A program made the position numbers and the translations under genes. From assembly GCA_025929315.1 (NCBI GenBank), contig JAICMI010000001.1, positions 1,802 through 65,801 on the forward strand: a stretch of 64,000 nucleotides of DNA, given 5' to 3'. Under the pieces are notes generated by a model. That model was given only the letters and a program-made list of their open reading frames with translations, searched no databases and was not told the DNA's origin. Source of the stretch: Frankiaceae bacterium. GTDB taxonomy: Bacteria; Actinomycetota; Actinomycetes; JAFAQI01. This document shows, one piece after another, positions 50,717 through 59,088 of this stretch. Positions within the stretch are counted from its first letter, which is position 1. Every line of letters starts with the position of its first letter.

Positions 50717-51427
50717 GTGAACATGCAGGTGAACATCTGGTCAGACGTCGTGTGCCCGTGGTGCTACATCGGAAAGCGTCGCTTCGAGCAGGCGCTCGCG
50801 GACTTCGAGCACGCCGACGAGGTGACCGTCACCTACCGGTCGTTCGAGCTCGACCCGGGTGCCCCGCTGGAGCGGAGCGGCACACATGACGAGCATCTGG
50901 CCCGTAAGTACGGGATGACCGTCGAACGCGCGCGCCAGCTCAACGAGCAGATGACGCAGACGGCAGCGGCTGAGGGTCTGGAGTTCCACTTCGAGCACAT
51001 CCGCGGCGGCAACACGTTCGACGCGCACCGGTTGCTCCATTTCGCGCTCGAGCGCGGCAAGCAGGAGCAGCTGAAGGAACGCCTGCTTCTCGCGACGTTC
51101 ACGGAGGGTGCGCCGGTCGCAGATCGCACGGCGCTGATCCGGCTCGCGACCGAGGTCGGGCTGGACGCTTCGGACGCGCGCGAGGTCCTGGAGAGCGACC
51201 GCTACGGGGACGCCGTGCGGGCCGACGAGCAGCAGGCGATGAGCTACGGCATCACCGGTGTCCCCTTCTTCGTCGTCGACCGCAGGTACGGCGTCAGCGG
51301 CGCACAGCCAGCCGAGGCGTTGCTGCAGGTGCTCAACCGCGCCTACGACGAGAGCCGGCCGCTGACGATCATCGATCCCTCCGATGGCACCGCCAACACG
51401 TGCGACGACGAATCCTGCGCGGTCTAA
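50717..51427 (+). CDS. DsbA family oxidoreductase (FrnE-like thiol:disulfide isomerase)
   Basis: The IWSDVVCPWCYIGKRRFE active site is close to the N-terminus, and GITGVPFFVV lies near the C-terminal part. Start at GTG 50717 or ATG 50723. Confidence 0.85.
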   Translation: MNMQVNIWSDVVCPWCYIGKRRFEQALADFEHADEVTVTYRSFELDPGAPLERSGTHDEHLARKYGMTVERARQLNEQMTQTAAAEGLEFHFEHIRGGNTFDAHRLLHFALERGKQEQLKERLLLATFTEGAPVADRTALIRLATEVGLDASDAREVLESDRYGDAVRADEQQAMSYGITGVPFFVVDRRYGVSGAQPAEALLQVLNRAYDESRPLTIIDPSDGTANTCDDESCAV

Positions 51428-51460
51428 GGGTTTCCGCGGGGTGACATCCGCTTGTCGAGT

Positions 51461-51485
51461 GCTTGCTCGGGCTAGCGGCGGGTAG
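51461..51485 (+). promoter_or_regulatory. Possible SigF/SigB-type stress promoter (GCTT-N15-GGGTAG) upstream of the CsbD-like gene
   Basis: Read directly. It approximates the actinobacterial GTTT-N15-17-GGGTA(T/C) general-stress promoter pattern and lies about 65 nt upstream of ATG 51550. This is a weak, single-instance match. Confidence 0.25.
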
Positions 51486-51549
51486 GACTACAGACGTCCC
51501 CCCATACGTGTTACTTCAGCGGCTGCATGCCGTCGTTCAGGAGAGTCAC

Positions 51550-52053
51550 ATGCCCAACTTCAACCCTGTGAGCACCCTCACAGAGCGCGCCAAAGGCGTC
51601 GTGAAATCCGCCGCCGGCGTCGTCTTCGGCAACGAGGACCTTCACCGTGAAGGCGAGCTGCACAAGGACAAGGCAGACGCTGCGGTCGAGGCGACCAGGC
51701 TCGAGACCGAGGCCGAGCGCGAGCGCGCGCAGGCCGAGGTCGTCGCCCGCGAGAAGGAGATCGAGATCGAGCGCGAGCGACTCGCCGCGGAAACCACTGC
51801 TGAGAAGCAGAAGCAGCAGGCCGAGATGACGCGTGCCCGCGAGGAGCAGCGCATCGCCGCCGAGACCGCGCAGCGCGAGGCCGCCGTCGAGCGCACCAAG
51901 GAAGCCGAGCGCGAGAAGGCTGCCAACGAGGTTCGTCAGGCAGTTGCCCAGCGAGACGCGACGGACAAGGAAGCGGCGAAGCTGGAAGCGGAGGCCAAGA
52001 AGGCCGAGGCCACCGCGGCTGCGCTCGACAAGATCAACAAGGAGACTTCATGA
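51550..52053 (+). CDS. CsbD-like stress protein with long Glu/Ala/Arg-rich coiled-coil extension
   Basis: ATG 51550 follows GGAGAG. The N-terminus KGVVKSAAGVVFGNEDLHREGELHKDKA is CsbD-like. The rest is charged heptad-like EAERERAQAEVVAREKEIEIERERLAAE... Confidence 0.7.
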   Translation: MPNFNPVSTLTERAKGVVKSAAGVVFGNEDLHREGELHKDKADAAVEATRLETEAERERAQAEVVAREKEIEIERERLAAETTAEKQKQQAEMTRAREEQRIAAETAQREAAVERTKEAEREKAANEVRQAVAQRDATDKEAAKLEAEAKKAEATAAALDKINKETS

Positions 52054-52667
52054 ACGTCCAGACCCTTCCGCGCACGGTCGTCAACACCTATCTCTCCGTA
52101 GCGCGACTGCCGCTGAACGCCGTCGCCAAGGTGAGCGGTCAGCACGACAACGAGCAGTGGCCGCCGGCGTTGGCCTTCGAGGGCTTCGAGGCCTCGGTCG
52201 AGACCACCCTCGGATCCCTGCTCCGTAACGACCTGCTGCTCGAGAGCGGCCGGGTCCGTCAGGCCAAGGTCGCCGAGCTGCGCAAGGCAGCTCAGCTCGA
52301 GGCTGTCGCGGACACCAAGCGCGAGCTGGCGCAGCAGGAGGTTCGCGAGGCACGCGAGCAGGCCGCGGCGAAGCGCAAGGCAGCGACGCAGCGGGCCGAG
52401 CAGCGCGAGCAGAACATCGAGCGCGAGGCAACGCAGCGCAAGGCGCAGGTCGGCCAGAAGGCCGCGAAGCAGACCGCTGCCGCGCAGCAGACGAAGGCCG
52501 CACAGGAGAAGGTCATCGAGCGTCGCGAGCGTGCGGCCACGGTGCAGGCACTGGCGGAGGAGTCGGACGCGCTGAAGGCGCAGCAGGAAGCGCTCGAGGC
52601 GGCCGAGACCGTCGACACCATCGACCAGACCATCGACGGTACGAAGGAAGCGCGTAAAACCGGCTGA
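52050..52667 (+). CDS. Hypothetical coiled-coil protein (Ala/Gln/Glu/Lys-rich)
   Basis: ATGA overlap with the CsbD-like gene; 205 aa. An N-terminal globular ~60 aa is followed by a charged helical region. No family recognised. Confidence 0.6.
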   Translation: MNVQTLPRTVVNTYLSVARLPLNAVAKVSGQHDNEQWPPALAFEGFEASVETTLGSLLRNDLLLESGRVRQAKVAELRKAAQLEAVADTKRELAQQEVREAREQAAAKRKAATQRAEQREQNIEREATQRKAQVGQKAAKQTAAAQQTKAAQEKVIERRERAATVQALAEESDALKAQQEALEAAETVDTIDQTIDGTKEARKTG

Positions 52668-52684
52668 TCTGTCATGCTTCGGCC

Positions 52685-53827
52685 GTGGGTGATGACGCCC
52701 CGTCGGTGTCCTTGCGAGCGTCCGACGCGGACCGGGACGCGGTCGTCGAGGTGCTCAAAGAGCGGACCGCCGACGGCACGCTGACGCTTGACGAGTTCGC
52801 TGCACGTATCGACGCAGCACTCAACGCACGCACCCGCGACGACCTAGCTGCAGTAACGGCGGACCTGTCGGGCGAAAGCCCGGCAGGTCCGCCGCGTCGT
52901 ACCCCGGTCACGAACACGGTGATCAGCGTGATGGCGGGAGCCGGCCGCAAGGGCCGGTGGCGGTGCGGCGGGCGCGTCGTCGCGGTCGCCGTGATGGGCG
53001 GCTGCGTGATCGACTTTCGCGGGGCGGAGATCACCGCAGACGAGGTGCACGTCACGGCGGTCGCCTTCTGGGGCGGGATCGACATCATCGTGCCGGAAGG
53101 CATCGAGGTGTCGCTGGACGGCGTGCCGGTCATGGGTGGCAAGTCGGCGCAGATCAAGGACGTGCCGAGGTTGCCGGGATCGCCGCGAATATTTGTGCAT
53201 GCCTATCCGATCATGGGCGGCGTCGGCGTTCGTTCCCGTCCGCGTCGTACGACGCAGCAACAGCTCGACGCGCCCGATGACCCGGCGCCGACGACCTCGA
53301 CGTCGATGCCGGTCGACGGAACGGTGACGCTGATGTTCAGTGACGTCTGCGACTACAGCGGCATCACCGACCGACTCGGTGACGTCGCCGCCAACGAGCT
53401 GCTGCGGGACTACGGCGCGACCGTTCGCACTTGCTCCGAGTCGCAGTCCGGTCATGTCGTGAAGTCGCACGGCGACGGCGTCATGGTGGCGTTCCCGAGT
53501 GTGCTTCGTGCGTTGCGTGCGGCAGTCGACATCCAGCATGCGCTGGCCAAGCGCAACATCGACGCTGTCGACGAGCCTTTGCATGCTCACATCGGCATTC
53601 ACGCCGGTGAAGTCGTGCGCGATGGCGACGACTATCTGGGCAGCGCCGTCATCATCGCGAGCCGTCTCACAGATGCGGCCGGCAGGGACGAGATCCTGGT
53701 CTCATCAGTCGTGCGGGAGCTCGCGGCCGGCGTACGCGAGTTCACGTTCGACGCGCCGCGTGAGGTCGCGCTCAAGGGTGTGGCCGACAAGCGTCAGGCC
53801 TATCCGATCGCGTGGCAGTCCGAGTAA
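52685..53827 (+). CDS. DUF1707 + LiaF-like C-terminal domain + class III adenylate/guanylate cyclase fusion protein
   Basis: N-terminus LRASDADRDAVVEVLKERTADGTLTLDEFAARIDAAL (DUF1707). Middle region GGCVIDFRGAEITADEVHVTAVAFWGGIDIIVPEG (LiaF-like). C-terminus VTLMFSDVCDYSG, KSHGDGVMVAF, IGIHAGEVV and GSAVIIASRL (cyclase core). Confidence 0.85.
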   Translation: MGDDAPSVSLRASDADRDAVVEVLKERTADGTLTLDEFAARIDAALNARTRDDLAAVTADLSGESPAGPPRRTPVTNTVISVMAGAGRKGRWRCGGRVVAVAVMGGCVIDFRGAEITADEVHVTAVAFWGGIDIIVPEGIEVSLDGVPVMGGKSAQIKDVPRLPGSPRIFVHAYPIMGGVGVRSRPRRTTQQQLDAPDDPAPTTSTSMPVDGTVTLMFSDVCDYSGITDRLGDVAANELLRDYGATVRTCSESQSGHVVKSHGDGVMVAFPSVLRALRAAVDIQHALAKRNIDAVDEPLHAHIGIHAGEVVRDGDDYLGSAVIIASRLTDAAGRDEILVSSVVRELAAGVREFTFDAPREVALKGVADKRQAYPIAWQSE

Positions 53828-54024
53828 CTTCTGCTCGCGCGGGCAGGACGGTCGCTGTGACAGCACCCGCTGAGCCGATGCCGGGCACAGATCCAGCAAC
53901 TGAGCCGGCGCCGGCAGAACCGCTCGACCCGACCGAGCCGATCCCGGACGACCCGGGGCCGTTGCTGCCCGACGCGCCCGAGGAGCTGCCGCCGGCACCG
54001 GTCGAGCCGTCGCCGAGCCCCTAG
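53812..54024 (+). CDS. Possible Pro/Glu-rich small protein (low confidence)
   Basis: An open frame codes ...VTAPAEPMPGTDPATEPAPAEPLDPTEPIPDDPGPLLPDAPEELPPAPVEPSPSP with moderate GC3 bias. The start is unclear and the ORF overlaps the ends of both neighbours. It may be non-coding. Confidence 0.25.
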   Translation: MAVRVTSARAGRTVAVTAPAEPMPGTDPATEPAPAEPLDPTEPIPDDPGPLLPDAPEELPPAPVEPSPSP

Positions 54025-54416
54025 ACGGTCAGCGTGCCGCGACAGATCTCGTCGCCGTGCACGGCGCGCGCCCGGATCACGTCGTTGCCGCCGCGGTTGG
54101 CCGTGGACTGTTGCACCGAGAACGACCCACTGGGTCCCGCAGTCGTCCGCTTGCCCGCGAAGAACCGATCGCCGTTGTCCTTGAGCCGCACCTTCCACAC
54201 CTGACCGTTGGCGTTCGAGTCGACCTCGAACTCGACCTCGAGGGCGCCATTGTCGGGTTTGGCCTTGAGCTTCCACACCGCCGAGCTGCTGCAGCCGCCG
54301 CTTGCACGAACCGCATTGCCGCCATGGCTGGCCGGGGCAGCGACCGCAGTTGAGCCCAGCGACATTGCTGCGAGGAAGCCGGCCGCCACCAGTGACGAGG
54401 TCGTCGTTTTTGTCAT
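54021..54416 (-). CDS. Small secreted beta-rich hypothetical protein
   Basis: I place the start at ATG 54416 (MTKTTTSSLVAAGFLAAMSLGSTAVAAPA signal). The mature part is WKLKAKPDNGALEVEFEVDSNANGQVWKVRLKDNGDRFF. No family recognised. Confidence 0.7.
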   Translation of the reverse strand: MTKTTTSSLVAAGFLAAMSLGSTAVAAPASHGGNAVRASGGCSSSAVWKLKAKPDNGALEVEFEVDSNANGQVWKVRLKDNGDRFFAGKRTTAGPSGSFSVQQSTANRGGNDVIRARAVHGDEICRGTLTV

Positions 54417-55808
54417 GTGCCGACTGTGCGGCGACACGGGGACGACTCGCAATTGTCCGATAGTGCTAGCACTCGCCTTGCGTATCTTCGTGAGGTGGCC
54501 GCCGAGACAACCAGTCGATGGGCGGTCACCAGGCCCGTCGCGCTGTTCACGCTTGCGGGCATCATCGCCGTCGCAATCGTCGGTGTCGCCACTGCGATCG
54601 CAGCTCGCCGCGTCGGCACCCGCGAGGCCATCACCGATGCGCGCACGACGACGTTGATCAAGGCGCAGAACGTGGTGGAGCCCGCAGTGCGCAACGGCCT
54701 GCTCACCGATCAACCCGCGGCAGTCGCGCAGATGGACCAGGTGGTCAAGAAGTCGGTGCTCGACCGCTCGTTGGTGCGAGTAAAGATCTGGAAACGTGAC
54801 GGCGAGATCGTCTACTCCGACGAGCCGCGCCTCGAGGGCACGGCCTACCAGCTGGGCGACGACGAGCTACGCGCGATCGACACGGGCGTCATCGAAGCCG
54901 AGGTCAGCGACCTCAGCAAACCGGAGAACCGGTTCGAGCGCAGCCGCGGCAAGCTGCTCGAGGTCTACCTGCCGATCCGCACGCCCAACGGCGAGCGGCT
55001 GCTGTTCGAGGCCTACTTCTTGTACGACGCGGTCGCGGCGTCCGGCAACCGCATCTGGAGGAACTTCGCGCCGGTCACGATCGGCGCGCTGATCGCGCTC
55101 GAAGTGGTGCAGATCCCACTCGCGTTCTCACTGGCTCGGCGCCTTCGTACCCGGCAGCTCGAACGCGAACGGCTGCTCCGCCAGGCGATCGATGCGTCGG
55201 ACGCGGAGCGCCGCCGGATCGCGAGCGACCTTCACGACGGCGTCGTACAGGACCTGGCCGGTGTCGCCTATGAGCTGTCCGGGTCCGCACGCAAAGGCGG
55301 CGTGGGGACCAAGACGGCGACCCTGCTCGACGATTCGGCGACGCAAGTGCGTGCGAGCATCAAGTCGTTGCGGTCGTTGCTCGTCGACATCTATCCGCCG
55401 AAGCTCGCCGATGCCGGGCTGCCGGCCGCGCTGGGCGACCTGATGGCGAAGCTGCTACCGCGCGGCATCGCCACGACGTGCGACGTCGACGGCATCGAGC
55501 AGGAGATGCCTGAACAGGTCGCCGCCCTGATCTATCGCGCAGCCCAGGAGGCAATCCGCAATGTTCTTGCGCACTCGCACGCGTCGAACGCCGCCTTGAC
55601 GGTGACGTCACGCGGCGGCACCGCAACACTCGACGTCGTGGACGACGGAGTCGGCTTCACACCGGAGACCGCGACTGCTCGCGCTGAGGAAGGCCACCTG
55701 GGGCTGCGCGGTCTTGACGGCCTCGCTGCTGCCGCCGGCGGCCGGCTGGATGTCCAGAGCGCACCTGGGGAAGGAACCAGGTTGCATCTGGAGGTGCCCC
55801 TGTCGTGA
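54417..55808 (+). CDS. Sensor histidine kinase (HisKA_3 / NarL-partner type)
   Basis: TM helix VALFTLAGIIAVAIVGVATAIAA, H-box RRIASDLHDGVVQDL, and ATPase motifs DDGVGF and GLRGL. GTG 54417 abuts the divergent start codon at 54416; an alternative GTG is at 54495. Confidence 0.8.
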   Translation: MPTVRRHGDDSQLSDSASTRLAYLREVAAETTSRWAVTRPVALFTLAGIIAVAIVGVATAIAARRVGTREAITDARTTTLIKAQNVVEPAVRNGLLTDQPAAVAQMDQVVKKSVLDRSLVRVKIWKRDGEIVYSDEPRLEGTAYQLGDDELRAIDTGVIEAEVSDLSKPENRFERSRGKLLEVYLPIRTPNGERLLFEAYFLYDAVAASGNRIWRNFAPVTIGALIALEVVQIPLAFSLARRLRTRQLERERLLRQAIDASDAERRRIASDLHDGVVQDLAGVAYELSGSARKGGVGTKTATLLDDSATQVRASIKSLRSLLVDIYPPKLADAGLPAALGDLMAKLLPRGIATTCDVDGIEQEMPEQVAALIYRAAQEAIRNVLAHSHASNAALTVTSRGGTATLDVVDDGVGFTPETATARAEEGHLGLRGLDGLAAAAGGRLDVQSAPGEGTRLHLEVPLS

Positions 55809-56425
55809 TCCGCGTTGCGATTGTCGACGACCACATGGTCGTTCGTCGGGGGCTGCAAGGGCTCCTCGATGCCGAGGACGACATCGAAGTCGTCGCGACA
55901 GCGGCCGATGGCGCCGAAGCGGTCGCTCTGCTCGAGCACTCCCCCGACGTCGTCTTGATGGATCTGTCGATGCCCGAGGTCGACGGCATCGAGGCGACCC
56001 GTCACCTGTTGGCCGAGGCGCCACACACGCACGTCGTCGTACTCACGTCGTTCGTCGACAAGAGCCGCATCATGGCTGCGCTCGAGGCGGGTGCGGTCGG
56101 TTACATCCTCAAAGACGCCGACGCGGGTGATGTCTCCGCGGCGGTGCGGGCGGCGGCGGCCGGTGGCTCACCGCTCGACCCGAAGGTCGCGCGTGTCGTG
56201 CTCGACGCGAGTCGCCGGCCGCAGCAGCCGACCACTGACCTCAGCCCACGGGAGCTCGAGGTGCTCGAGCTCGTCAAGCAGGGCATGGCCAACAAGCAGA
56301 TCGCTCGTCGGCTTGGCATCGCGGAGCGCACGGTCAAGGCGCATCTGACCAACGTTTTCCAGGCGATCGGCGTGACCGACCGGACCGCCGCCGCGCTGTG
56401 GGCGCAGGAGCACCTGAGCGGCTGA
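55805..56425 (+). CDS. NarL/FixJ (LuxR-type HTH) response regulator
   Basis: Receiver IRVAIVDDH...DVVLMDLSMPEVDG. HTH LSPRELEVLELVKQGMANKQIARRLGIAERTVKAHL. GTGA overlap with the kinase gene. Confidence 0.9.
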   Translation: MIRVAIVDDHMVVRRGLQGLLDAEDDIEVVATAADGAEAVALLEHSPDVVLMDLSMPEVDGIEATRHLLAEAPHTHVVVLTSFVDKSRIMAALEAGAVGYILKDADAGDVSAAVRAAAAGGSPLDPKVARVVLDASRRPQQPTTDLSPRELEVLELVKQGMANKQIARRLGIAERTVKAHLTNVFQAIGVTDRTAAALWAQEHLSG

Positions 56426-56426
56426 C

Positions 56427-56633
56427 TCAGTGGTCGCCGCCCCGGTGGTCGTTGACGTCATGCCCGGGTGGGTCATCCGCGCCGTGCCGGGCGTGCGTCC
56501 GGTCGTCGGACGTGCTCGGTACGACGACCTGCGGGCCGGGGTGGTCGTCCACGGACTCGACCGCGGCGTAGGCCAGGCCGCCGAGCAGCATGAGCGCGGC
56601 CACCGAACCGGCAATGGCGGTCCGGGTGCGCAT
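56427..56633 (-). CDS. Small membrane-anchored His/Asp-rich protein (68 aa)
   Basis: ATG 56633 lies 6 nt after GGAGG. MRTRTAIAGSVAALMLLGGLAYAAV is followed by ESVDDHPGPQVVVPSTSDDRTHARHGADDPPGHDVNDHRGGDH. Confidence 0.55.
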   Translation of the reverse strand: MRTRTAIAGSVAALMLLGGLAYAAVESVDDHPGPQVVVPSTSDDRTHARHGADDPPGHDVNDHRGGDH

Positions 56634-56728
56634 CGGAAGCCTCCTTCGGGACGGATGTGCTGAGTTCCGTCTCCGAGGATGCAACCCTGCGGGTAGGGGT
56701 CACCAGTGGACGATGGTGCTAGCACCCA

Positions 56729-58594
56729 CTAGACCTGCACGGCGGCGATCACGCGCGACACGTTCTTGACGAGGACGTGTTGCTTGCCGCCACCCGCGGC
56801 CACCTTCACCACACGCTTGTTGCCGGTGTCGGCGATGACCACGTTGCCGGCCGAGCTGACGCTTACGCCTCTCGGCGCGCTGAGCCCCTTGCCGACCTTG
56901 TGCTGCTTGCCGCCACCCGCCGGCACTCTGATGACGCGGTCCCTGCCCCGATCCGCGACGTAGGCGTTGCCGGCGCCGTCGACAGCAATGGCGACAGGCT
57001 TGTCGAAGCCGTGCCCCACCGTCTTCTGAGCGCCGCCACCCGCGGGCAGCTTCACGACCGTCCCACCGGAGTTGACGACAAAGACGTCACCGGCGCCGTC
57101 GACTGCTACTGACACAGGCACATGCTGCTTGGCGCCGACCCTTGTCTGCGGGGCACCGTTGTGCGGCACCATGACCACGCGGTTGTGACCGGAGTCGGCG
57201 ACGTAGACGTTGCCGCCGCCGTCGACGGCGAGTCCGCGCGGATTCTTGAACTCCTCCCCGAGGAGGAACTGCGGCTGCCCGTTGGAGGGGATCGCGATCA
57301 CCCTGTCGTTGGCAGAGTCCGCAATGTAGAGGTCACCCGACTCGCTCACGGCGACGGCTTCGGGAACGTAGGTGCCGTTGCCGACCCGGAACGGCTTGGC
57401 GCTGCGGCTCACACGCTCCATGACCCGGTCCGGGCCTTTGCCCGCCTTGTCGTGCTGGGCATAGAAGACGGTTGCCGGACCGGACACGTTGATCGTCGTC
57501 GGTCGGGTGCGCGTCTGGTTGGTCGTGTTCTCGACGACGGACGTGTAGCGACCCGGCGTTGTCGGCGTACCGGAGAGGCGTCCCGTCGCCCCATCGAGCG
57601 TGAGTCCGGGCGGGAACGATCCGCTGACCAACGCGTACGACGGCTGCGCGCCCGTGGGGTCGTAAGCGCGGTAGAGGAAGTCGTAAGCAGTGCCCTTGTG
57701 GGCGTTGCTCGGCGGCGACCCGTTGGGGAAGCTCGGCGTGTTGGCTGCGACGCCGTTCGGGTCAGCGACGCCCGCGCGGATCTGGATCTGGCCGCCGCCG
57801 ACCGGCAGCTCCAGGACGCGGTGGTGGCCGGTGTCAGCGATGTAGTAGTCACCTGCTGAGTCGACCCAGACGCCCTTGGGCTGACTGACGACGGCGTCGA
57901 TCACGAAGGTGTCGTCGTCTTCGGGCTCGATCTCGACGACCCGGTTGTGCCCGTAGTCGGAGACGAGGATGAAGTCGGCTGTTTCGATCGTCACGCCGTA
58001 GGGCTTGGACAGCCCGATCCCGACCGGGTGCTGCGGACCGCCCTCGCCCGGGATCTCGATGACGTTGTTGTTGCCGAAGTCGGCGACGAACACGTCGCCG
58101 ATGTCATTGGTCGCGACACCGGTGGGGTCGACGAAGCCTGTGCCGATGGAAGTCGGCGCGCCTCCGCCCGCCGGGAACTTCAGTACCTGCTTGGTCCCCC
58201 GGTCGACGACGAAGACGTCGCCGGCACCGTTCACGGCGACCGCGGTCGGGTTGGTCAGACCGCTGGCGACGACGACCGGCGTGCCGCCGCCGGCCGGGAT
58301 CTCGACGACCCGGCCGTTGCCCGCATCGGCGATGAAGAGGTCACCGGCGGCGTCGAGGGTCAGCTGCTGCGGGTTGGAGAGACCGTCGGCGACGGACGTC
58401 GGTACACCACCACCGTCAGGTACGGCGACCACCCGATTGCCGGCGGAGTCCGCGACAAAGGTGGTCCCCGGAGCCCAGCCGGTCGCGGCGTGGGCAACGG
58501 TGGCCGGCATCAGGCCGGCAGCCACCACGCCGGCGACGGTTGAGAGGCAAAGGCTGACCGGGCGACGCAGAACGAATGCGGCAGACGCGAACAT
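56729..58594 (-). CDS. Secreted NHL-repeat protein: two six-bladed-type NHL propellers separated by an Ig-like (He_PIG-type) domain
   Basis: Signal ...GLMPATVAHAA. Reiterated blades of the form GxxxPxGVAVDxAGxVYVADxGNNRVV. The central segment is SYALVSGSFPPGLTLDGATGRLSGTPTTPGRYTSVV. Confidence 0.85.
   Translation of the reverse strand: MFASAAFVLRRPVSLCLSTVAGVVAAGLMPATVAHAATGWAPGTTFVADSAGNRVVAVPDGGGVPTSVADGLSNPQQLTLDAAGDLFIADAGNGRVVEIPAGGGTPVVVASGLTNPTAVAVNGAGDVFVVDRGTKQVLKFPAGGGAPTSIGTGFVDPTGVATNDIGDVFVADFGNNNVIEIPGEGGPQHPVGIGLSKPYGVTIETADFILVSDYGHNRVVEIEPEDDDTFVIDAVVSQPKGVWVDSAGDYYIADTGHHRVLELPVGGGQIQIRAGVADPNGVAANTPSFPNGSPPSNAHKGTAYDFLYRAYDPTGAQPSYALVSGSFPPGLTLDGATGRLSGTPTTPGRYTSVVENTTNQTRTRPTTINVSGPATVFYAQHDKAGKGPDRVMERVSRSAKPFRVGNGTYVPEAVAVSESGDLYIADSANDRVIAIPSNGQPQFLLGEEFKNPRGLAVDGGGNVYVADSGHNRVVMVPHNGAPQTRVGAKQHVPVSVAVDGAGDVFVVNSGGTVVKLPAGGGAQKTVGHGFDKPVAIAVDGAGNAYVADRGRDRVIRVPAGGGKQHKVGKGLSAPRGVSVSSAGNVVIADTGNKRVVKVAAGGGKQHVLVKNVSRVIAAVQV
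56827..57340 (-). repeat. Copy A of a ~0.5-kb dispersed repeat (C-terminal NHL propeller coding segment)
   Basis: Collinear with 60580..61089 at DNA and protein level by eye. For example, both contain cttgccgaccttgtgctgcttgcc, gacgtaggcgttgcc and gaactgcggctg. Confidence 0.75.
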
Positions 58595-58651
58595 TAGGGC
58601 AACCTAACAAAGCGAGGACGTCCGCGAGGGCATTCACGTCACACTGGACCC

Positions 58652-58930
58652 ATGTCAGCTGTGAGCGTCGCCGTCGTGGGGAGCCGCACGGAGGCGGAGC
58701 TCATCGCCGGCATGTTGCGCAGCCACGGCATCAGGGCGGCGGTGTCCGCCGACGACGCGGGTGGTTGGGATCCGCAGCTCCAGCTGGGCAGCGGGGTGAA
58801 GGTGCTGGTGCCCGCCGTCGATGCGGGACAGGCTCGGAAGCTGATCGGCGACGATTCCGAACCCGCCAAGCCGCTCAACGCGTTGCAGCGCTTGATGGTG
58901 CGTCTGCTCGGCGGTCGATCGACGCAATAG
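58652..58930 (+). CDS. DUF2007 (putative signal-transducing, PII-like fold) protein
   Basis: 92 aa. VAVVGSRTEAELIAGMLRSHGIRAAV...VKVLVPAVDAGQARKLI is the DUF2007 pattern. Confidence 0.7.
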   Translation: MSAVSVAVVGSRTEAELIAGMLRSHGIRAAVSADDAGGWDPQLQLGSGVKVLVPAVDAGQARKLIGDDSEPAKPLNALQRLMVRLLGGRSTQ

Positions 58931-59088
58931 GGCCTGGGCGCGATCGCTGCTAGCCTGGATGGCACGACGGCGCAAGCTGTCCTCCCGCGGGCGAGCCGCC
59001 CGCGCGGTCGCTAGTAGTGAGTTGCTCTCGTCTCGACGGGCCGGCTTTCGTACATCGCGGCCCCCCGATCGACTGATGGAGCATCACC

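Noticed and set aside
52685-53827. Class III cyclase, considered as a Pycsar/CBASS-like defence cyclase.
   Set aside because: No adjacent TM/TIR/effector gene is present. The cyclase is fused to DUF1707/LiaF-like stress-sensor modules and follows CsbD-type stress genes, so a signalling role is more parsimonious.
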